Below, piece by piece: positions 25,194-37,779 of a DNA stretch of 64,000 bases (position 1 is its first letter; the number at the start of each line of letters is the position of its first letter). Under the pieces are notes generated by a model. That model did no database searches. It saw only the letters and a program-made list of their open reading frames with translations, and was not told the DNA's origin. The DNA lies in assembly GCF_038025025.1 (NCBI RefSeq), contig NW_027117345.1, positions 1,116,001-1,180,000 of the forward strand, written 5' to 3'. The translations under genes and the position numbers were made by a program. This DNA comes from Phyllosticta citribraziliensis (lineage: Eukaryota).

Positions 25194-27033
25194 CTACAAC
25201 AACGCGCGGGCGCGCAACTGTCGCCATCCCAGGGCCACTGTTTCGTCAGCGTCCATCTACTCGTTCAAGAAGCGAGCGTGACACAAATGACAAAAATTCA
25301 ACCTACGCGAGAGGGTCAGCACTTACCAACAAACAGTAGCACCCACCGCACCAGGGCAGCCTTCTTACCTCTGGCGCCCAGCGTCAGCAGTGTCCACAGC
25401 CATGCACCCCAACCCCTCACATTGCCGTCGCGGTCAAAGTTTGCCTTGGCTCCTGACATAGAGCGGTACTGGTTCTGCTTTTGTAGCGTGTAGGGTGGGT
25501 AGCGCACAGCAAGGAACCCCTCGATCCACGACGGCGTTGTTGTCACAGAACGGCGATGCGTAAAGGTATCGAATGACGCTCGGCCCCGATACGCTCCCTG
25601 CCCACTGCTGCCAACGCCACCAAACGCCAAGGTCGGGATGGAGCCGTGGAAAAAGCCGTCGTTGACAGACGCTCCTCCAGACAAAGTCGAGTCGAGCACT
25701 AGACGGGTCAGCGTGAGCGCAAGGAAACAAGACTTGAACATACCTTTGTTTGTTTCGGCCTTGTTGCCAAAGGGGTAGATACCCAGGGGAGTGTCGTCGA
25801 CCTCATTGGCAATGCGGATAGCTTCGTCAAGGTTTTCGACGGGAAGAATGGGCATGAGTGGCCCAAAGGACTCTTCCTGAATCAGGCTGTCGTGCACACT
25901 ATCCACTTGGACGACCGTAGGCTCGAGGAACAAATCTGCTTCGTCCATGGTGCCACCAAGCAATATCTTGCCTGAGCTCTCGTCCAACATCTTCTTCAAC
26001 CGCTTGAACTGCCGCTCGTTGATGATGCGCGCATAGTCTGGGCTCTTTTGCGCGCCGTGCGGAAAGAATTCGTCATACGCCTTCTTCAGCTCCACTATGA
26101 ACAGCGGCAAAATGTCCTTATCCACCATTGTATAGTTTTGGCTTATACACACCTGGCCTGCATTGTGTACCTTGGCCCACAGCAGTCGCCGGGCAGCGAG
26201 ACGCGGGTCCGCGTGCTTCGCGAGAATGGCAGGGTTGTTGCCGCCCAGCTCCAGAGTGACTGGTGTGAGGGTCTCTGCCGCCTTCTTCGCGATTATGGTG
26301 CCGACGGCGCTATTGCCCGTGTAAAAGATCTTGTCCCATTTTTGCTCAAGCAACGCCGTGCTCTCCTTGACGCCACCTTGTACGACAGTATACGATTCGG
26401 GGTCGAGGGACTCGCGGATGACCTTCTCCATGACGGCGGCGGCGGCCGGGGCATTTTCGCTGGGCTTGAGGACAGCGGTGCATCCGGCTGAAATCGCTCC
26501 AATGAGGGGACCAAGGGACAGTTGGATGGGGAAGTTGTAGGCCCTGGTCCGGCACAGTCAGCTTGCGGCTTCAATTGGACTTGTCGCGTACTTACCCGAG
26601 CACTAGAACCGAGCCCAGGGGGTCTTTGCGGATCTTGGGGAAGACGCCCTTGTTGATGAGCGCAATATCGGGCGCGCTCTCATCTTTTGCCCATTTTGGA
26701 ATGCCTTTGGTCAAGAACAAGATGTCGTTGAGAACCCAGTTCAGCTCGGCAAGGTAGGTCTCGAAGTGAGCCTTGCCCAGGTCCTTCTTGCAAGCATCAA
26801 GGATGAGCTGCTCATTGTCCTTGAGTCTGGCGGCGGCGTGTCAGCGTGTGATGAGTAAACAGTCGGGGCGCAGGGGAGATATACCCCCAGTAGAACTTGC
26901 GTAATTGCTTGAGGCGGTATTCGATTGGACGCGTTCTTCCCGAGCGATAGGTGGTGCAGACCGCTTTCGCGGTTTCCGGGATGGCGTCGATTGGGGTGTA
27001 TTTGAGTTCGGGCCAAGCTTGCTTAGTATCCAT
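25194..27033 (-). CDS. ALDH3-family membrane-anchored aldehyde dehydrogenase (Hfd1/CarD-like), 5 exons
   Basis: LKPSE, IFYTGNSAVG, TLELGG (catalytic Glu), GQVC (catalytic Cys), EESFGP, FGGVGSSGQGAYRG and a hydrophobic C-terminus. The last exon (VALGWRQLRARALL*) is inferred from CTGAC...CAG near 25238. Confidence 0.94.
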
Positions 27034-28823
27034 GGCGTCGCGCTGCAAGGAAAAACTTCCAGAGCTGGACACGACAGACAGGACGTTGCGATTGACGTAA
27101 GGCGACTTGGACGTGAAATGGGTCGATCGTGCGATGGAAATTGTCTGGCGGCTTAGAGGATGGCGTCTGCGCAAAAGCGTCGGTCGGCCTTTTAACAGTG
27201 AGGACTAGTCGTCAGATGAGGGGAACAGGGAAGCAGCGAATGTGACAGTCTGAAAGTGAGAGTACGTAGTGGCTGCACTGTCAACGGCCCTCGGTTGATG
27301 CCACACCCTTCGGTTCTCCCTCGTCCCCATCCGTGCGCTGCTCCTTCGGCCGGCCGTGTCAAGTGGAGATCCTTGCCGTCCCGTCTTGTTGATGGATGGA
27401 TGGCTGTCGGTCTGGGTCGTCTTCCATCCGGTCCAATCATCGTTGCTCGTTCTTTTACTGCTCTATTTGGCCAGCTGCGCGAAATTCAATCCTGAAGCAG
27501 CCAATCAGCGGTACATACAAACTTTCGCCATGTCGCGTTAGACATGTAGAGGCAATCGCCCACCGTCTGAAAGCATCTCCATCACCACGGCACATCCAGT
27601 TTGCAGCGTGACGGATCGACAGGGCAGGTCTTCATTTGGACATGTCCAATCCTGCAGGACACTTGGGTTTGCGACCAATCTTTTTAACCAGAGATTGCCT
27701 GCCCTCGCTTTCGCCAATGGCGTAATCAGATGCATCGATCAAAAGTACATGTCACTTTTGAACTTCTTCGGAGATTAGACATGTGTTTGCTTTTTCCGCA
27801 GATATCGTGGGCGCTTAGGCGTCTGTCTGTCTGTGCAAGTTGGAACAGAACAAAAGCAGCACCAGCCACGACACCATTCTCAACCTTCATCCTCCGTCCG
27901 TCGGATCCAGCCAGTATCTTCTGAACTTTCTCTGACTGATTCCAGTTCAACATCGCTTGGGATCCGATCCGACCCCTCGCACGCTTCCTCCCCCGCGAAG
28001 TTGCTTCCGCATTGCTGTTGCCCGCCGGCCTGTTACGTGAAGTGACGGGTAACAGAGTACTGTACGCATCGTCAGACCGGCCCGTCAATTAGATCAAGAT
28101 AGCGTAAGGCGACAGAGCTGCTTGGGGCGCGTCTCTCTGTCTCAATCGGTTTTTTCTCTTGGTGGTGGGCGACGGCGTCTCGAACCGGCCCATCTCGCTG
28201 GGGACAAACATCTGAATTGGACGAGATGCTGCTCTTCTCCCTCGGCCTTGCATATCCTGCCTGGTTCACAGGTGACAGTGTTGGGCGGTGTTCGCGCCGT
28301 TCCCAACCGGCCTGTCTATCAGGATGACGTTCCGAGTCGGGTGCAGCACTGTTGGAGCATCTCTCAACGGTTGGGAGCGTTGCTGGACAGGTCAATTCTT
28401 TGCAACCTCTCGACTCAGGGCTGCTCGAAACCAAAAGGCCCGGGTGGGAAGGAACCGCTCTTCGCGGGGTCATCATTTTATCAATCCAAACAAATTGAAG
28501 ACAGTCTCTGCATGCGTCTCGGTCTTGTGAAATTCCAAATTGCTTTGAAATTGTTCATCATCTTTCCTATGCTATGCACAGCGGACATGAGAGAAATTTA
28601 CACGCCCCAGTAATGTCCAACAACCCTTCGTGCGCCGCGCCAGGACCCCCTGACCCTGACCCCCCAAACGCCTTGGATAGACCCGTCGCTTTTGTTGCAG
28701 CAGGCAAACAAGAGCCCAGAATGGGCTCATCATGAGGAAAGAAATTAGACCCGGGAAACACGTGACTTGATACGCGCGAGAATGAACTAAAGGAAGAAAT
28801 GTTCAACGCCGTGGACGTCGAAA

Positions 28824-30622
28824 TTAGTCCTTGTTCTTCTTTTTCTTCTTCTTCTCGGCCTTGTCGCCATCGTCGTCGTGCTTCCTCTTCTTCGACTCGC
28901 TCGCGCCAGCCGTGGCATCTGAAGACTTGCTGACCTTCTTGGCCTCCTTTGCGGCCTTCTTCGCTTCCTTTGCTTCGCGCTTGGCTGCGCGTTCTGCCTT
29001 CCTGGCCTTCTTGGCCTCCTTCTCAGCCTTCTTCGCCGCCTTGGAGTCGCCATTGGCAATCTCCTTCTTGGGCTTCTCATCCTCAGACTCGTCCTCGCTC
29101 GAATCCGAGTCGTCGCCCATCTCGACGTCGCCGTTGGTCTTGGCTTCAGCAGCAGGCTTGCCATCACCAGTGAGACCATCGGCGTTGATGTTGTACTTGC
29201 TGGCCTCCTTGATGTCGAACTTGGGGGCCGCAGACTGTCCGCTGGGGCCAACGTTGGAAGCAACTGGCCTCTCGGGCTTGCCCTCGAGGAACCTGAGCCT
29301 GCGCTCAATGGCAATGCGGGCAGTAGTTCCGAGAGCGGCCTTCTCCTCGTCCGTGGGCTCCTCCTGGCCAGCTTCGCTGTTGGCGCCCCACTCGGACAGA
29401 GAGTCCACACGCAGACCGAGAGCAGCCTTGGAAGCGAGCATGCGTGCAACCTTGCCCTTGTTCTTGCCGGATGCTTGGCCAATCAATGAGGCGTGGTAGA
29501 TGAGACCGTACTTGGGGGTTTGGTGCTTGGTCTTGAGGGCACGGAAAAGCGCCTTCTCGGCACCCAAAATCTGAATCGTGGAACCGGGCGACTTGGCAAG
29601 GTTCATCAAGCTACCGGAGTGTGCGATGAGACGAGCACCGACAAGCTCACCAACGAGAGCAGTAAGGTTGGGGGCAATGGCGTGCATGCGGGCGCTGAGG
29701 TAGTTGGACAACTGGGCGCGGTACTCGGTCAACTCGACGACCTGCTCTGCGAGGAGCTGAATGTTTTGCAGGTCAACGTCGGTGATTTCAGTACCCATCG
29801 AAACTTCCGCAGCGAGCTTAAGCGCAGTCTCAATCTCCTCGGGGAGGACGTCGGACAGGTCGGTCTTGGAGGCGTTGGACCTCATGCCCATGACGAGAAT
29901 GACGCGAGCGTACGCAACATTGTCGTTGATGATCTTGGCCATCTCAGGGAAATGCCATCCGTACCATTCCTTGACTCTCATAGCGTAGTTGTTGAGTTCC
30001 TTGTCCAGGTCGTCAAGGAGGGCAATGGCTTGGATGATCATGGTGTCAACCTTGTCGGTCGAAAACTTGAGCTTGTGGCGCGAGAGGGAGTGGGAGAGAC
30101 CCAGCGACATGGTGTTGATGTCTTCGGGGACGAGTCCAGGAATCAACGAGGTAAGGTGGGCGCGAACGGCACGGAAGACATCTTGAGTGGTAGAGTCGGA
30201 GATGGGAGTGATGGAGAAACCGGGCAGCTTGTTGATGGAGTTTCCGAGCTTGGGATCGGCGACGGCCAGCGAGGCCTTTTTCTCATCCTTGATGGAGTCG
30301 AGGAGGTTGGAGAGCATGGGCGAAACCTTGCCATCGGTCAACGCAGCAGCTTCGTTGAGAGCGGCAGCGGCGCTGTCAAACTTCTCAAACTTCTTGAGCT
30401 TCAACCTGTGCATGAACACGTTAGAACCTGTTCAATCCCAAATGTGTAGACCCTCGTAGTCTCCAGGCTCGCAGTATTGGCGCAGAAGGGTACTAACAGG
30501 TTGCAGGTGCCCTCTGCAGTCTCGGTCTCTTGGGCGAGGTCATCGCGCTTGAGGAGCTTCTTGTCCTTGGCCTTGAGGAGCGCGTAACCAGCACTGGTCT
30601 CGGTGAGGATGAAGAGGGTCAT
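28824..30622 (-). CDS. nop58: Nucleolar protein Nop58 (box C/D snoRNP core), 2 exons
   Basis: [67 protein letters not shown]; Lys/Glu-rich tail. Intron about 30406-30498. Confidence 0.97.
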
Positions 30623-30929
30623 ATTTGATAAGAAAGAAGGTAAATATGCCCGTCGTAGGCGGTGGTGGTTGCTGGTTGGTGGTCGTCGCGCAACTTTAGG
30701 ATTTTTTCTCACGCCGGGCCTCAGCCATGCTTTTCCGAGCAAGCAAAAGGAACGAATTGCGCGGAGCCGGCGAAACTAATTGTGCGGTCGGCGAGGGAGC
30801 CACCGAGCCACCGGCCACGGCCCGCCGGGACGCGTCGAGCCACCGAACCTCACCGCCCGGCGACCGCGCGTGCCTCTGTTGTACCATCAACTCCGTCATG
30901 TTGATGCTGCGTCCCAATCATCCTCCAAC
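30623..30929. promoter_or_regulatory. Short bidirectional promoter region between nop58 and the actin-related gene
   Basis: Head-to-head ATGs about 307 bp apart. Confidence 0.6.
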
Positions 30930-32897
30930 ATGAGCGCCGGGGCTGGAGATGAGCTCCTCGGTCCCCCATTGCCCGTTGCGCGCACTCGGCCGTCTTCTGG
31001 CCAGCTAGACCCCATCCGCAAAGCTTCAGGAGAGCGCGTATCGTCACGGGCCTTTTCTGGTATTTATGGATCCAGCACCGCCAACTTCCGCTCCGACGAG
31101 GAGCATCTGGTGCTTGAATTTGGAGCCCGGTGCCTCCGTGCTGGCTTTGCCGGCGAGAGCAAGCCGCGATGTACCAAGAGCTTTGGGCCGGAAGAGCAGC
31201 GCAGAGTAGGCGACTTTCGCCGATGGATGCCCGGCTACGAATTCGTCCGCAAGAAAAGGAAGAGAGGCCAGGACTGGGGCCAGGACTATGAGCTTTGGAA
31301 AATGGACCTTCGCAATGCCGACATGGGTCTCGTTGAAGACAAGATTGAGCGGGCCGTCCGGGAGATTGTCGCCCAGTATCTTCTCCTCGATCACAGACCA
31401 CGCCGTGCTACCGTCGTCATCCCGCCGCTGCTGCCTCGACCGCTGCTATCTGCCTTGCTGTCTTCTGTGTTTACGACGCTCCAAGCGGCCAGCATCACCG
31501 TACTGTCCGGACCAGTGTTGAGCGTCGTCTCGGCTGGGTTGAGGTCAGGCTTGGTCATCGACCTTGGTTGGGAGGAGACATCCATCACGGCAGTTTACGA
31601 ATATCGCGAAATCCACCACCGGACTAGCATCCGAGCGGGAAAGGTCCTGACCGAGGAAGTGGCCAAATTACTTGACGACGAGTGTCACAAAGCGAGAAAG
31701 GAGCCACCGGAAGAGCCCGACCAGGTCGGCTTTGAAGAGGCAGAGGAGGTGCTCACACGGGTGGGCTGGTGCTTCAGCCGCGGTGAGGCGCAAAACCACC
31801 ATGCCGGTGTCGAGGAAGATTCAAAATCCAATATGACCATCCCCTTCCCTGCCGCCTCTCCTCCAATCACCATTTCCGTTCCCTTTCAGCGCTTTGCAGA
31901 GCCAGCAGAGTCCGCTCTGTTTGCCAGCGGCATGGACCAGCACGAAATTGACGACCACGATCAGCCCATCCCACTGCTTGCGTACAATGCACTCCTCTCA
32001 CTGCCCATCGACGCGCGCAAGCTCTGCATGTCGCGTATTATCATCACGGGCGGCGTTGCCAAGCTGCCCGGCATCAAGCGTCGCATCCTGGCCGAAATCG
32101 AGCACATCATTGACGAGCGCGGCTGGGACCCTGTCAAGAATTACGGGCACGCAACGTCGCGGCGCGACCTGCGCATGCCGCACCGCCAGCAGCAGAGCCG
32201 CAAGCGTGCCAGCACCATGATGGCCGACGTGGTGACCCCCTTGCCATCGGAACAGCAGCAGCAGCATCAGGAGCTTGGAAGTCCGCGCCCTACAACGGGC
32301 TCCTCCTCGGCCACGGACACAATCCCCGAGACGCCAAAGCGCGAGGAGGCCTCTCCTCTCTACGGTCAAGCGCGCATGCAAACGCCCACGCCATCGCAAT
32401 CAACGACAACGACAGGCGGCATGGCAGCAACGCCGCACACGCCGCCCCCGGCGTCGCTGCAGCCGCAAGAGTCGGACCCCATCTCGTCCAAGCTGGCGTC
32501 GCTCAGCCTCAAGCACAACGCGGCGCTGCACCCGTCGCCGACGGGCGTGGTGCGCGGCGTCGGGTCGCTGGGCGCGTGGGCCGGCGCGTCGCTCGTCTCC
32601 AGCCTGCGCGTGCGCGGCATCGTCGAGATCGAAAAGGACCGCTTCATGCAGCACGGCCTTGCCACGGCCACGCGCGAGCCCGGTAGCGTCGAGGTCGCCG
32701 GCCAGTTGGCTCCGGGTGCTGCTGCCGGGCCTGGTGGTGCTGCCGCCGCCGCTGGTGGCTCAGGGAACCCGCCTGGTAGTTCGGGAGGCGGCCAGCCTGG
32801 TGAGAGGAACAGCAAGCGGTTGAGTAGTCTGGGGAGTACGGGCGGAGCGGGCGGCAAGGGAGATAGGGGCAGTTGGACGTTGGGCGTGTGGGCGTAG
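30930..32897 (+). CDS. Divergent actin-related protein, probably dynactin Arp11 (Neurospora RO7-like)
   Basis: Actin-fold motifs LVLEFGARCLRAGFAGE, GLRSGLVIDLGWEET, IIITGGVAKLPG and GAWAGASL; ends WTLGVWA; intronless. Confidence 0.85.
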   Translation: MSAGAGDELLGPPLPVARTRPSSGQLDPIRKASGERVSSRAFSGIYGSSTANFRSDEEHLVLEFGARCLRAGFAGESKPRCTKSFGPEEQRRVGDFRRWMPGYEFVRKKRKRGQDWGQDYELWKMDLRNADMGLVEDKIERAVREIVAQYLLLDHRPRRATVVIPPLLPRPLLSALLSSVFTTLQAASITVLSGPVLSVVSAGLRSGLVIDLGWEETSITAVYEYREIHHRTSIRAGKVLTEEVAKLLDDECHKARKEPPEEPDQVGFEEAEEVLTRVGWCFSRGEAQNHHAGVEEDSKSNMTIPFPAASPPITISVPFQRFAEPAESALFASGMDQHEIDDHDQPIPLLAYNALLSLPIDARKLCMSRIIITGGVAKLPGIKRRILAEIEHIIDERGWDPVKNYGHATSRRDLRMPHRQQQSRKRASTMMADVVTPLPSEQQQQHQELGSPRPTTGSSSATDTIPETPKREEASPLYGQARMQTPTPSQSTTTTGGMAATPHTPPPASLQPQESDPISSKLASLSLKHNAALHPSPTGVVRGVGSLGAWAGASLVSSLRVRGIVEIEKDRFMQHGLATATREPGSVEVAGQLAPGAAAGPGGAAAAAGGSGNPPGSSGGGQPGERNSKRLSSLGSTGGAGGKGDRGSWTLGVWA

Positions 32898-33893
32898 AAC
32901 GGCCAGCGCAACACCTCATGAGAGATAGCTCACGTGTCGATTCAGAGTGTGGAACCGGTAGACCGTCGACGTTGGTTGAATGCCAGAGAGAATCGCATGG
33001 CAAAGCAAACGGAGCATGGAGGGGAGCAAGAGGAACTGTCACACATGACAAAGGAGAGACCGCAGAAAGAGTGTACTACGTCGCTTACACATCAAAAACA
33101 CATTCACAAAATGCACCACAAACACAAAGATGCAGCGATGCAAATGCCATTTGCCATTACAATAGCAATCAGTACTAAAACGACGCAGCCACCACGAATC
33201 GAAATGCCCATCCCGCTTATGCCAATCCATCTCACGGATCCCGCCCTTGCCCCCAACGCCAGACACGACATCGGCCGGCTAGCCCAGCCAGCCAGCCGGA
33301 AGAGAACAAACAACCACACAAAGGCCAAAAGATGTAAAAGCAATAGAATGCGTCGAAGGGAAGAAAGAAGAGAAAGAAGAGGAGGAAGTGCCGGCGACCC
33401 AAGAAAAATCCGTCCACCGACCCTATGCCGTGTATGTGCGTCCCTATGCGCGAATGATGCACCGCAAAGCCATGCTCTACTTTTCCGAATCCCTGTCCAA
33501 AATCCCTAGAGCCAAGCGTGTAGAAGAAAGGCGGCAACGAAGAGAAAGAAGAGAATTACGCTTCTCTTTCGCGCCGTTCGCAGCAAAAGCGTGTCCTGGA
33601 ACGGCGGTGGAACGGGGTCGACCGCTTTGGCGTCTGTTGCAGCCGCACGCGTGGTTATGCGCAGGCGGTGGCAATGTTAGCCGGTTGGGTAGCGGCTAGA
33701 AGAAGAATGTGATATGCTTTCGTCCATGCTTGCCCTAAAAGATGCTCGCTTCGTCTGGAGTACGCCGAGCAGGAGAGGGGGAATTCTCCCCATTCCTTGC
33801 AGGCGATGAGATCGCACAGAGCGATCCAGCGAAGCGGTAACGACGCGTCGATGACGCGACCACCAGAACGTATAACAACCCCTCCATTCTTGC

Positions 33894-35160
33894 TTAGTTC
33901 GGGCATGTCAAGCTCCGCCTCCTCTTCTCCAGGCCATCTGGCGACTGTGCAGACCCTCTTGCGTTCTCGGTCGCCTGCTGCTGGGCCGCCGCTCGCACGT
34001 AGGCTCTGTCTCTGCCACCAGGAATCGCGCCCGTCAACGCGGCTTTGCCCCAGCACTGCAGGACCAATTTCTGCAGCAGTACTTGCTCTTCAACGCGCAT
34101 GCGTTGCTGACGTCTCGCAAGGCGCGAGGGTTTCACAGCCGGCAGTTTGCCGCAATTGGGGGCGCCGGGGCACTGAATGAGCGGCGAGGCTGGTGCGGTG
34201 CGTGCGGTCTTGAACGACGGTCGCGAAGATTGAACGGAGGATGTAGTGGAGGAAGAGGTGGAGGCAGCTTCAACGCTGTCACGGTAGTCTGTGACTAGGG
34301 CTTCGATCTCGGCGCATTGGGAGACCAGGGCGTGAATGTGGGAGGTGAGCTTTTCGGCGGATGCCTCAATCGATGACGTGGTGCCATAGTAGGGTGCCCA
34401 AAATGGGTCCGTCTCAAGAGCGGTGCGCAGAACGGACGCGAAAAAGGAAAATGACGGCATGCAGGGGCTAGGCTTGGTGGCAGCGAGGTTGAGAGCGGTA
34501 AAGATCATGCGGAGGTGTGGTTCAGTCGACAGGCTCGTGGTCACAACGCAAGCTATGAGGTTGGTTAGTGAAGTGTCGCGGCAGGGTTGACCTGGCAAAA
34601 ATTGTGTGAAAGGCGGGTGAGTGCATTAAAAATGCGCGAGATTTTTGACTCGGGACCGGGGTGGCGGTTGGAAAAGGGAAAACACACCTGGACAGCCAAT
34701 TGAGTGGCACCAAGCCTCCTCGTCGGCAATAAAGCACTGGAGCCAGAGAAAGCCGCTGCGTGCGTCGCCTGTGTAGGCCATTTCCAGGTCCTCTGGCTTG
34801 GAGCTGCACAAGGCGGCCTCGGCCAAGGTCGAGGCGCGGTGGAACAGCTGGACGACGGGGTAGACGAGGGCGTGGAGAAAGTCTCGGTGGAGGGTCCATG
34901 TGGATTGTGCTTGGCTGGAGCAGGCAGCGTGCTCGGAGCAGAAGCTACCATCAGTCAGCTCGAGCTCTGGTCTGAATATTGCCATATCTGGAGCAAAAGT
35001 GGGGCGTGGAACGCTGTTGTCGCGGGGTAGAACCAACGTACCTCTTGGAGGCATTCAGCGCCAGGTGTTTGCGAAGAATCTGGAAGGACTCGGAGCGCTG
35101 GAGCGATTGGAGGTCTTCAGGGGCGATGCAAAAGGGCGACTCGAGAGTTGAAGAGTCCAT
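33894..35160 (-). CDS. Hypothetical fungal protein, 3 exons
   Basis: Three consecutive minus-strand ORF segments (MDSSTLESPFCIAP..., WLQCFIADEEAWCHSIGCP, ACVV...DPFWAPYY) separated by GT..CTRAC..AG introns. Confidence 0.8.
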
Positions 35161-37553
35161 TCTGGCGGTGAAAGCGTCGAAGATGGGGAGGGGATTCAGT
35201 CCGGGGCGAGATGGAACGCGGCAGTCGACAGGACAGGCAGATGGACTGGATTGGCGGTGGGTATAAGAAGTAGCGAGCGAGGGACAGTCGATAGAAACGA
35301 GTGGAAGTGCGAGAAGCAAAGGAGAAGCAGTGATTGGGGATGTAAGGTTGACAGGTGTGGAGGAAATTGCAACTTTCAGTTCACGCATCGACGGGTCCTA
35401 GGCTCATCTCGTCATAGCCTAAAAATACCGCAGGGAGACCAAGGCGAGCAGGGACTGAAACGCGGGACACTGAGACTCGTAGGCCCATGGTCCATGGCCC
35501 ATGTCGACCAAGATGCGTGCTTCGGACGTCTTCAACGCTTCAGTTCCTGCTCGTCGTATTCTGGCCCCTCTAGGTCGCCTGTTTGGTCCAAGCATCTCGT
35601 CGGCTCCGTGTCTGGCTCCCGCCACGCGCCGCCCCAAAGCCACCACCACACACCCAACCACGACGACGGCTACGTGTGCTGCACCCTGTCACCAGTCTCG
35701 ACTTCAGACGCGGCGCCTCTCCCGTCGCTTCACCTGTGGGAGCCGACCAGGGCCTGCCGGGTCATCTGAACGCGCCTGCAGACAGGCACAACATTCTCTC
35801 CCCTCCTCAATCCGGTCTCCAGTCTGTCTCTCCACCAGCCTCGTCGTCCGTCACCCTCCCAGGCCCAGCAGCACTTCCTAGAACCGGCGTCTCAGCACCT
35901 GCCATTCCATTCGCCTGTAGGTATTCCCATGAGCTCGTATCTATCGTCTCCAGCCAGCTAGTGACGGCGCTTCAAACACGCTCTGTGCCTGGCTGCGCCG
36001 CTCCAAGGCTAACTCAAATATCGCCCTCGCAGCCCGAACAGATAAGCCTCGCTGCTGCTGTGGCGACCTGTGTTTACCACCTACGGTACCAATCGGCACC
36101 CCAGCCAGCCACTGCGGCGGCCTCGTGGTTGACCAACTGCCGGTCCGTTAGTGTCCATGCCGTGCTGCTGTCTGTCTGTCGTCCTTTTGGTCGTCGGCAG
36201 AGTCCAGAGCCTGAGCCAGTCCACCGCCCCACCCTCTGCTGTCACGGCCGTCTAGACTCAAACCAGGCTCAGGTCGACTGTACCGTAGCGTTTCTTCTCT
36301 CTCTCAGCTGCCGGCTCCCTCCGTCCCAAAAAGAACACCAGCTGTGGCTCCGCTGAGACGCTCCGAGCCAACAAGGAAACCAGCATCGCCTCAAACCGAC
36401 CCACAATCGTACTCGTACTTTTCGAGGCCTAGTGCCAAAAATTGAAGCAAACAACCGCAGCTGTGGAATGATTCCATCTCCATCCCTCTCGATTGCATGA
36501 TTGCTCCCTGTATACCGCCGCTCCCCATGTTGTGGTTGCGCGTGCCAAGGCCTGTGCAGCCAGCCAGAGACAACCAACAACAGCCCATCGATCGCCGCCG
36601 CCGCCATCCAAGATATGTCTCTCCATCTCTTTGCCATTATTGGTCTAGACGGATCCCTCCAATCCGCCCGTCGGGTGCACCCGAAATCGCCCGCACACCT
36701 CTTTGCCTCGTGCCTCAACCTTATCTCTCTGTCGTGTGCCCTTTTTTTTTTTTTCCTTCCCCTTTCCACTCTAGTCCTCCGGTCTGCAGTAGCGTTCCAA
36801 CGGCGACTTATCGAGAATGTGAGACATGGCATCGATGCAGGTCTGCTTCTTGTCTGGGGAGTGCCGTCGAGTTAGGTGCCTACTCTAGGTGCGTTGCCGT
36901 TGGCTGGCTGCAGGCGGCGAGCGACCTACCTAGCCGCGAATTGGCTCTGCTCCGTCTACGCCACTATCCTGTCGAGCTCATCGCGGTGTTGATCTGTCGT
37001 GAGTGCGCTGCTAGGAGTATTCTTTGGGCCTGCTTCGACGTTGATCGAGCCTGATGGTTGCCGTGATGCCTGCTTCACAATGCGTCGATTGGCGTCGTCG
37101 ACTGCGCGGCGTGTGATGTTCGCCGACTGCCAGCAGCAAGAACACGCCTCGATGGGCAGGCGAGCACGCTACGGTGGTGAGAGAAGTCGGCAGACCGCCC
37201 CATTCGAACAAGCAACACATGCGGTATCGTGGGAAAAGCTGGGGAAGTGTGGAACACGCTGGACGAGTGCGCAGAGCAGAATTGGTGACCAGTCCGTCTG
37301 TCCTAACAGCCATGCAGCAGTGCACAGCTAGATGGAAAGGCCGACTTCTGCCATCTCTCCACCACTAAGGCATTCAGCCATCTACGCACGTGTGAAAATG
37401 GCCTTCTGGTTCCCTTGGTGCCGTAGCCCAACCTCACCAACCAGCGCCGCAGCCAGCTCGCCATCCTCAGCTCCTCCGCTCCGTCCATCACACCACCGCC
37501 TCTCCACTCTGGACGCACCTCTCCATCTGACCGCTCACCCTCTCACCCACCAG

Positions 37554-37646
37554 AGCAGGCAGACAGGCAGGCAGGCAGGCAGGCAGGCAGACAGACAGGC
37601 AGGCAGGCAGGCAGGCAGACAGACAGGCATGCAGACAGGCAGGCAG
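37554..37646. repeat. Compound tetranucleotide microsatellite (GGCA/GACA)n
   Basis: About 90 bp of direct GGCA/GACA units. Confidence 0.95.
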
Positions 37647-37759
37647 GGCCACCAACAACCCTCGCCTCCCACAGACCACCCACCCAACCGCAGCGTCACG
37701 TTGAGGTGTGGGGAAAAGTGCTGTCACTTTTCGGTGGGGTTTGGCCGACGAGCGAAAGT

Positions 37760-37779
37760 GGAGAGAGAGAGAGAGAGAG
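37760..37779. repeat. (GA)n microsatellite
   Basis: GAGAGAGA run of about 9 units. Confidence 0.9.

Noticed and set aside
28160..28205. tRNA-like GGTTCGA...ACCA on the minus strand
   Set aside because: The T-stem and acceptor stem do not pair.
28640..28735. Box C (ATGATGA) downstream of nop58 suggesting a C/D snoRNA
   Set aside because: No suitably placed box D or terminal stem; probably 3' UTR.
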